NCBI RefSeq assembly: GCF_009914755.1
Contig: NC_060929.1
DNA: 64,000 nucleotides
Direction: 5' to 3' (one strand)
Origin: the human T2T-CHM13v2.0 reference genome, Homo sapiens
In this document: piece after piece, positions 54,780 to 64,000 of the stretch
Layout: each line of letters begins with the position of its first letter
How positions within the stretch are numbered: the first letter of the stretch is position 1
Position numbers and translations under genes: made by a program
Notes under the pieces: generated by a model
The model's input: only the letters and a program-made list of their open reading frames with translations
What the model was told of the DNA's origin: nothing
The model's database searches: none

Positions 54780-55068
54780 GGTAATAACAATGGCAGTCAT
54801 TTACTGAGTGAGTCATAAGCTCCACCTACTGAGCTAAGCATTCCAGGCACTTGGACCTTCATGACAACTCCTGGAGATGGGTACGACGACCCCAATTTAC
54901 AGATGATGACATGGAAGCATAAAGAAATGCAGTATCTTGCCTGTGGGTCTGTAGATCATATAGGTAGTAGATGACAGAGTTGGGATGGAAACCTCTGGAA
55001 GTCTGACCCCAGAGCTGTTCTCCCAGGGGTTTCCATCCCAACTCTGTCATTTACTACCTGTGTGATCT
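54780..55068 (-). mobile_element. MIR with a local inverted duplication (46-bp arms)
   Basis: CCCCAATTTACAGATGA..AC core; arms 54953-54998 and 55023-55068. Confidence 0.75.
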
Positions 55069-55139
55069 CTTCCATGATCCCACCCCACCAAAGAAGCTGT
55101 GGGAAGTACTGTTCTTTAAGCAATGCAGTTCTCAAATTA

Positions 55140-55500
55140 GTATAGTTTAGTTCAATAAGCATTTATTGAGCCTTTGACACTGAGAATATAAAGTGCATGT
55201 ACCTCCTTTCCTAACGTGAATGCTTACTGAGCTATTTTCTCTGTGCCAGGCACGATGCTAGGCTCTGGGAGCCCAGGATCATAAAGGGTCCCTTTATTTG
55301 AGGAGCTACAATCTAGTGGGAGAGATGAATAAACAAATAAGACATTTCAATGACAGCTAGATTGTCATTGAAGAGTACTGGCTGCTGTGGATGCCTGGAA
55401 GAGGGACGCCTGGTCCAAACCAGGAGCTGGGTCTGGTGGAAGGGTCAGGCAAGGGCTCCCTGTTAGAAAAGATATCTAAGCTGAGGCCTTAGTCATGCAC
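55140..55500 (-). mobile_element. L2 3' fragments
   Basis: TTCAATAAGCATTTATTGAGC; TGTGCCAGGCACGATGCTAGG; GGAGCTACAATCTAGTGGG. Confidence 0.65.
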
Positions 55501-56343
55501 CCACTTACTCATCTCTGCCAGAGCCTTTTGAAGCTTATCATTGTTGTGTACTCAGTACCCCTGTATTAGACGCACCAGAAAACAGCTATTGCTTATCAGA
55601 GGAGTTAGCGTTGTTTATTTCAGGGCTTTGAGAGTTAACCTCTTTGTCTACCTATAAGTTTTCAGGCTCTGAACATTGCAGGTGAAGCTCCTGGTGAAAC
55701 AGAGTGGATTCAGCTGGGCTTTGCCAACCAGCTGCAGTTGGCTAGCAGGTTGAAGTGTTTGAAGAGCGTGCCTCAGCTCCCTCTGTGGACGCTGCACGAG
55801 TGAGCCCTCAGCTTTGCAGTTCTGCACCAGTTTCACTCCTACACGCAATGTTGGAAAGGCCATAATACACAGTCAGTGTTGCTTTCTTTTCAGACTGCTT
55901 TGCTTTGCTGAGGCTTCCTTTCTCTAGTCCCCAGGTTGTGCTCCTTTTTGGACTACAGTTATTTTGTTTTTGTGGAATATCTTTGGCTGTGGGACCTTCC
56001 TGAGTGACATGTCCAGGATTTAGTGTCTGGTGTCCTGGAGTGTTGTTCCAGAATACAGGTGCAAGCCAAGTGATCTTCATCTCTAAGGTAAGTGTCTGCA
56101 TAGGTGTGGCGGGGTCTGAGTGGCTACTCCTACAAGAGACCTCCCTCCTACTTTTGCTGTTGGTTATGTAGCCCTGAAGTCCTGCTGTAGGAAAGATGAT
56201 GGAAGAAGATTGATTGTGCCGTTAGTTACACAGTGGTCATCAACTCTGGAGATGTAGATTATAATTTTATCATGTTATTTAATTGATAAGCCATTTATTA
56301 TTGATATGCTTATGTTTTCAGACTTGATGGTCACCCTGTATAT

Positions 56344-56663
<320 letters not shown>

Positions 56664-59304
56664 CACCCTGTATATTCTAAATCCCACAGAACTGGGTTTG
56701 TGAGAGCCAGGTGCTGGGAATTGGGAGATCTGAACCCTATTTCCAAGAAATGAGACTGTTATATCAGAAAGAGGCTCTTTTGAATGATCTGGGCCAAACT
56801 TTTCTTTTCCACATGTGGAGACAGATGCTCTGAATGTGTGCGTGACTTGTCCCATGTCAGCAAGGCACAGGCTGGTGTCCAGGAATCTCAGCTGCCAGGT
56901 GGATGCATCTTCCTCTCTACCCTGTCCTGCACTTTTTTCTGCCAGGTGTGTTTTTTTTTGGTGGTGGTGGTGGGGGGTCTATGTTAATAACTGCTCATTT
57001 AGACTTCATGGAGAACAAAATTTGGACATAGATGCGATGGCTCTTCGGAAAGCAAAAGGATGGTAGGAACATAAGGAGATGACTGTATTGTGTCAGCTTA
57101 GGTAGAACTTTCTTTTCTTGAAAAAATCCTTCATAGTCATATCCAAACACAACTGTGGTTGATATTTTGATGCACTGCATTCTTTTAACTCCCCCTTTTC
57201 ATCCCAAGAGTTTGTTTTTTTTAAAGTTGTTGTAATAAAATAATAATTGCAGCTATGATTTTTGTTACTATGCAATGAAGGGCCCTAGTCAGCCAAAAAG
57301 ACCCTAGAGAGCTAGTGGGGATTGATTTCCTCCACCAAGAAGATGACATGGTTCCCTAAAAAGGAGTATATTGTTTTAAAAGAACAGAGACTTTTCAGCA
57401 AGTAAAGTGCTAAGATAGGGGCCCAGGATGGTTAAAATCTACTTTAGACATCATAAGCCCGTTCCTGGCTACAGGTGTTTTGTTTTTGTAGCGTATTGCC
57501 TGCTTTAAGTTCTTACTAAATGACATGTTCTTTTATTTAGGGAAAAACCTAGTTGTTAAAAAACAATAAAAATTCCATTGTCATGACAACCTTGTACAGT
57601 GAATTTTGTCATGTTCTTTTGTTTGAAAAACAGCTTTATTGTGATATAATTCATATACCACACAGTTTACCCGTTTAAAGTGTACAATTCAAGGTTTTTG
57701 GTATACTACTATTTTCATACCTTGCCCACCCTGTGGGGCCGGTGTGATTGTGATGCTCTCTTCAGCACCAACGAGAGTGGTTTCCATGACTACAGAATCC
57801 AGCAGGTGGAATGGCATCTTCACACATGTTGCAGACATCCTAGGACCAGATGAGCTGGGGAAGGAATACACAGTATTCCAGTTCCAACTCTAACTTCATA
57901 GCTTGGCGGCATGTTAAGAAAGGAGCTCCATTGCCTTCCTTGGGCCCCAAACTTTGCCTGCCTTAAGTGCAAAAATGCTTCTGAAAAGAGAGCGTCTCTG
58001 TGAAGGGGAGTAATAGTAAAACAGGATTTTAGCTGTCATGTGAGAAGCTGATGAGAATTTGTAGACCAGCGAGTCTTAGTCTTTGGTAGAAATATCTGGA
58101 GTGTTGGTTAGTCTGACAGTCTCCTCTAAAGATAAATGTCCAAACTGAAGACTCTTCAATCATTCAACAAGAATCTATGAAGCCATTCTAGAAGTTATGG
58201 AAAAATCAAAGATGTGGGACTAAGGTCCTGTCAAGTCTTCAAACCCACTCTGGGGAGACAGGATGGGCTTTGGTGAAATTGTCATCTGTCATGTTACATA
58301 GGAGGATATGATTAGAAATGTTGTAAAGCAAGTACCAAATTCATGTCATGGGCCAGAGGTGTTCTTTCTTTAATTGTGAAAAATTTTTTTCAGACCACAT
58401 CTCAGGCAAAAGTCCAGTGTCTGCAATATATAAAAGGAGAGCTATATGGTTTGAAGCAAGCGTTGGAGTGGAATCATGATCCCATTTTCCAAAGCTCCCT
58501 CACTTACTGTTGTGGCCCTTGAGGAACCTCCCTGAAATGAATTAATATTAACATATTAATGGTATATGAATCACTGATAGAGTCTAGAAGGAGGTTTAAA
58601 AGCTCAGAAGCAGGAGTTTATGAATTGGTCAGGGAAGGCTACATGGGAAAGGTGAGATGTGATACCTCTCAGATATCTCTCTGCATATTTTCAAGTACAA
58701 TTTATATACATACATAATTTTGGAAAGATCCTATTAGATGCCATTGAAAACTTGATTTTCTTCTTCATATTTTGTCATAAATAACTTTCTGTGTTATCAA
58801 TATAGATCTACATCTTTCAAATGGCTGTTGAGAATTCTCTTTTATAAGGGACAGAGTATAGGCTGGGGAAGAAGGGGCATGCTTTAGGATCTCATGTCTA
58901 CTCAGAACCAGCCTCAGCAATTATTTTGTCAAAAGAGCTATCCTTGCCTGTAAACACCAATGACACTGGAGATCATTCAATTGGCTTTAAAACTTGCTAT
59001 AGCTTTTACATTTTCTACATATGTGGGCACAGGAGCTACATGGAGAGTTGAATCATGTTCAGGCTTTGAATTATTTGCATAATCTAGTTCAAGCTCTTTT
59101 CTTACCCAGTCTTAAGCAAGTGATAAATATGACAGCATGTACTCTTGGGCAAGGAACCGTCAGTAGGTCTTCAGCAGTCTCTTAAAATTATTGTTGCTGG
59201 CTTTTTTTCTTTGTGTTAGAATATATATATATAAAAAGGTAACTATGTGAGTTGATATGTTAATTAGTTTGATAGTGGTAACCATTTCACAATGTATAAT
59301 ATAT

Positions 59305-59666
59305 GTATAGTCTGGTTTCTGTATCCATGGGTTCCTTATATGTAGATTCAACTAACCATGGGTTGAAAATATAAAAAAAAAACCTGTCTGTACTGAACAT
59401 GTACAGACTTATTGTCAGTATTTCCTAAAACAGTATAACAACTATTTACATAGTATTTACATTGCATTGGTTATTACAAGTAATCTGTAGATGATTTAAA
59501 GTATACAGGAGGATATGCATAAGTTGTATATAAATACTATTAGGTTGGCACTTTTGTACCAACCTAATAGATACCATTTTATATCAGGGACTTGAGCATC
59601 CTCAGATTTTGGTGTCTGAGGGAGGTCCTGGAACAAATCCCCAGCGGGTACTTAGGGATGGATGTA
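59305..59666. mobile_element. Tigger3-type MITE inside an L1M 3' end (about 59235-59720), itself carrying a MADE1 remnant (59540-59567)
   Basis: TCTGTATCCATGGGTTCC...GATTCAACTAACC...CAGGGACTTGAGCATCC...GTCCTGGAAC; TA-TTAGGTTGG...CCAACCTAA-TA. Confidence 0.78.
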
Positions 59667-60219
59667 TATTAAAACATTATTTTGTACACTTTTAATAGAT
59701 ACAATTTTTGTCAATTATGCCTTCATAGAACTGAAAGCAAAGATTTAAAAATTATTATTGATGTAGTTCAAATAGTAATCATAAATACCCTGCCCTTAAG
59801 GAGGGCTTACTAAGTACCAGGTCCTTTGTATACCATTCACACAAACTCTAGGATTTAAACACTTTCACTGTGTCCATTTTCTAGATGAAAAGAAGTAAAT
59901 GCAGTAACTGGTTCCAGGTCATATGGCCTGCAAGTGATAGGCCTGGAATTTAATTCCAGGCAGTCTAGTTTTGGCATTTAAAGCACTAACTTGTCTCCAA
60001 AATAGGATTTCTTTCTAATAAGTGTAATACTAGTGAATGAGTTATCCAAGGGAGGTATGAGATCAGCTGCTGCTGACTGGCAGAAATGTATATAATAGGA
60101 TGCTGTCTGCATTTCTCATATAGAGTGGTTATTTCACTGGTTGTGCTGATTACAACCCAGACATTTCCTTTGAGTCTCCTCTCATCTGCAGCCTTATTTA
60201 CTGTAAAAATAGTAGTTTG

Positions 60220-60851
<632 letters not shown>

Positions 60852-61366
60852 TAGATATCTTTCTGCATGCTTATAAATACATTATTATACACATGTTTAT
60901 AATTTTTGAATGAGATTCTACTACATTTCATTATAAATTTGTTTCTACAAGCAGCCTTCCTTCTTTTCATTAAGTTCCACCCTTCCTTGCTTGGAATAAA
61001 TGGACCAAGGAAGCTATTTTAATGAAATTTTAAGCGATTCAGTGAAAATATTTGGTTTTCAAGCTTCTTTTAAAATTTTTATGTATTTAGTTCTTCAACT
61101 GTTTATAGTGGAATTACAGCAAAATCTGAATTTAATTAAGATATAAAGAGATAGGGCAGTGTGAAAAGCATTTTGCTTCTCTTGATCTAATAAAAAAATC
61201 TCTTCAAAATGCCCTAGTTCACTTTACTTAGTTATCTTTCTTTAACCTATTGAATACCCTCTGCTGTAGGGTCATCATTCTGAAGGTGACTGTCACCTTA
61301 CAGGTTATGCAGGGGAACTTCGATGCCAGTTCATGCCTGTAACTTGTGTGTAGTAGTTGTGTAATT

Positions 61367-61830
61367 TGTGTACAGTAGCTATGGCTACTGTAACAAAGTG
61401 ACACAAATTGGGTGGCTTAGAAAACACACATCGTCTCACAGTTCTGGAGGCTAAAGTCCAAGATGAAGGTGTCATAAGTTTGGTTCCCTCGGAGGGCTGC
61501 GGGGGTGTGCCTGCTCCATGCCTCTCGTCTAGCTTCTGGGGGTTGCTGGCAATCTTTGGTGCTCCCTGGCTTGTAGATGCATCACCCCAATCTCCACTTT
61601 CATCTTTACATGAAAGCAAGATTTTACTTTACATGGCATTCTCACTGTTTCCAAATTTCCCCTTTTTATAAGAATACCAATTATATGGGACTAGGATCCA
61701 CCCAGTGACCTCATTTTAACTTGATCACCTCTGTAAATACCGTATCTTCAAATAAGGTCATGTTCTGAGATATTGGGAGTTAGGATTTCAACATAGGAAT
61801 TTTTAGGGGAACATAATTTGATCTATAACA
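61367..61830 (-). mobile_element. MLT1 (MaLR) solo LTR
   Basis: CTGTAACAAAGT..GGTGGCTTA..CTCACAGTTCTGGAGGCT..CAAATAAGGTCA..AGGATTTCAACATA. Confidence 0.85.
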
Positions 61831-62513
61831 TTGTGTTTTAGAATGAAGCTGAGTCACTTGGTGATGTCCCTGTTTCTTGTAAAAGGCAAGTCAAGGCAGG
61901 GAGAGAGGGAAGATATTTGATGAATCAGATAAATCAAGGTTTTAGATTTTTCTATTATTAACACAGTGGAAGCAATGGAAGTCTGAGGTATGGCTCACGA
62001 AGAGTTCATAATCTATACAGGTAAAAGGAAGCCATTGATTGTACGAGGTAGTGTAGTTGAAGATGTCTGCAAACTTTCAAGTGTCAGACATATGCATAAT
62101 TAATGACTGCCAATGTTTTGTGCATTTGCAAGGAATATGACAATTATCATGAATAAAACGAGGGATCCATTCAGCCCCAAATCCTCATTAGTGCTCATAC
62201 AGTATGTATAACTTTGCATTCTCATTTATTTGTATTTTCCTCATTTCTAGTCATTTAAAATAATATGTTCATGTAATTGCACAATTCCACAGCTCTACTG
62301 AGATGCTGCTGCCGAGTCTGAACCGTTGATTAGTGGGCACTGCCCCCTTGTGATAACTGAAAATGCTGATTGTTCAGCTGATGGAGAAAAACTGAATTTG
62401 GTGTTCGGAGGGCAGTTTGTGGTCACAGTGAGTAGCATATAAAAGTAGAGGTTGAGAGAAAGCTAGGGACTGTAATTGAATGGGACATGGATGGAGCTAT
62501 TGAAAAATATTTT

Positions 62514-62776
62514 TCCTGTAATCCCAGCACTTTGGGAGGCTGAGGTGGGTGGATCATGAGATCAGGAGATCGAGACCATCCTGGCTAACACGGTCAAACC
62601 CCTTCTCTACTAAAAATACAAAAAATTAGCCAGGCATGGTGGCGGGTGCCTGTAGTCCCAGCTACTCGGGAGGCTGAGGCAGGAGAATGGTGTGAACCTG
62701 GGAGTGAGCCAAGATAGCGCCACTGCACTCCAGCCTGGGCAGCAGAGCGAGACTCCATCTCAAAAAAAAAAAAAAA
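62514..62776 (+). mobile_element. AluY-like, 5'-truncated with a short internal deletion
   Basis: TSD GAAAA(A)TATTTTT; ATCCTGGCTAACACGG diagnostic. Confidence 0.88.
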
Positions 62777-62899
62777 TGGAAAATATTTTTAATTAGCATA
62801 AGCATATTTGAGTATTATAGGCAGAGGAAAATGAACACATAGATAAAAAATGATTCAGGATGTCTGTGAGAGAGGAGGTGTACAACCCTCTCCTAAATT

Positions 62900-63240
62900 G
62901 TGGTTTCAGAACCAGTGGCGTCCGCACTGCTTGGACACTTGTTAGAAATGCAGAATCCCAGGCCCCACCCAAGACCTCCTGAATCAGAATCTGAATTTCA
63001 CAAAAACTTCAGCCGATTCATCTCCCTGGCAAAGTGTGAGTTTCTCTGGTGCACAGCAGAGCGGAAGTGTTTGGCACATGGACCTTAGACTTATTGGGTT
63101 GGAATCCCAGCTCTGCCACTGACTAGAGTGTGGGAATTTACACACTCTATTTGGGAAGTTACATTTTTGGGCCTCAGTTTCCTCAACTACAAGTGAGGAA
63201 TGATATTAATACATTTCTCATGGGATTCTTGTAAGGCCAC
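62900..63240. mobile_element. MER5A fragment followed by MIR
   Basis: CTTGTTAGAAATGCAGAATCCCAGGCCCCACCC; GAATCCCAGCTCTGCCACT..GGGCCTCAGTTTCCTCA. Confidence 0.75.
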
Positions 63241-63398
63241 CATCACCACTGCCATCACCATCATTGCTAATGTTTAATGAGGGTTTACCACATTTCAGGC
63301 AATGCTGAAGCACCGTTCATGAATTCATTAGTGAGATCACGAAGGATAAACACCTGCCAAATGGTACGCGCTCATCAACTGTTAAAAACTGACATTTT

Positions 63399-64000
63399 TG
63401 AAACAGACAGGAGACAGGCAAATACTGGGTAGAAGAGGGCAGTTCCCTGGCAAACACCTCACTCTCAAGCATGGAAACCTGCAACCTTAATGGGAACAGG
63501 CATTCCTGATTTTGTGCCCAAAAGTTGCCTTTTGGCCTGCCACACCCCACCCCATCCTGTACCCATATAAACCCCAAACTCCAGGCTCCACAAGCAGATG
63601 AGGAGATGAACAGGGGAATGGCAGAACAGCGTGCAAGAGAAAAGAGAAGGAATGTCTGAACACTGAGAGGAGTTTGGCCGGGGACGGTCAGAGAGGAGAT
63701 CAGCCGCTGGATGGCCAAACGTCAGGGGAAGATCATCTTCCCACTCCATCCCCCTTCCAGTTCCCCATCCATCCCAATGAGAGCCACCTTCACCATTCAG
63801 TAAAACTTCCACATTCATCCTGCAAGTCCATGTGCGACCTGATTCTTCCTGGATGCCAGACAAGGACCTGGGTACCAAGAGGCACTGAGCTGTTTAACAC
63901 TTAAGCCGTCCATGGATGGCAAGGCTAAACTGTAACAAAAGCCAGGCCCACTTGGGCTTTGGGAGTTGCAGTCACCCACCCCTAGATGCTACCATGGGGC
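63399..64000 (+). mobile_element. ERV1 LTR, MER50-like, runs off the window
   Basis: TG start, AAATACTGGGTAGAAGAGGGCAGTTCCC, TATA box ATATAAA near 63565, degenerate poly(A) signal AGTAAA near 63799. Confidence 0.8.

Noticed and set aside
59073-59080. Octamer ATTTGCAT in TTATTTGCATAAT upstream of GPR151
   Set aside because: The same 8-mer occurs several times in this AT-rich window (near 18497, 19987, 53133), so it is not distinguishable from chance without conservation data

Overview
Human genomic DNA (Alu/L1/MIR content and a human-specific AluYb8), recognisable as 5q32. The + strand carries the 3' part of TCERG1 (CA150). I reconstructed 18 coding exons by hand from 2223 to the stop at 44510. 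All have GT-AG boundaries and consistent phases, and they encode WW2, WW3 and FF1-FF6. Three are short frame-preserving exons (63, 57, 51 nt) missed by the ORF track. Two AATAAA signals follow. The intronless orphan GPCR GPR151 (419 aa, 48726-49985) lies tail-to-tail on the - strand. The rest is repeat-rich intron or intergenic sequence: a near full-length Tigger1, MER85, L1MA, many Alus and a MER50 LTR. I find no new protein-coding system; the most interesting signals are regulatory. They are: a perfect 15-bp POU4F/Brn3 site in a motif cluster 12 kb upstream of GPR151; a dense PBX/MEIS(PREP) motif cluster in a TCERG1 intron; a 46-bp MIR-derived hairpin whose four mismatches are all G-U on the + strand; candidate poison and alternative exons in TCERG1; and a uORF whose stop overlaps the GPR151 start codon (TGATG). 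Repeat subfamily calls and boundaries come from remembered consensus sequences and are approximate. Conservation could not be tested.
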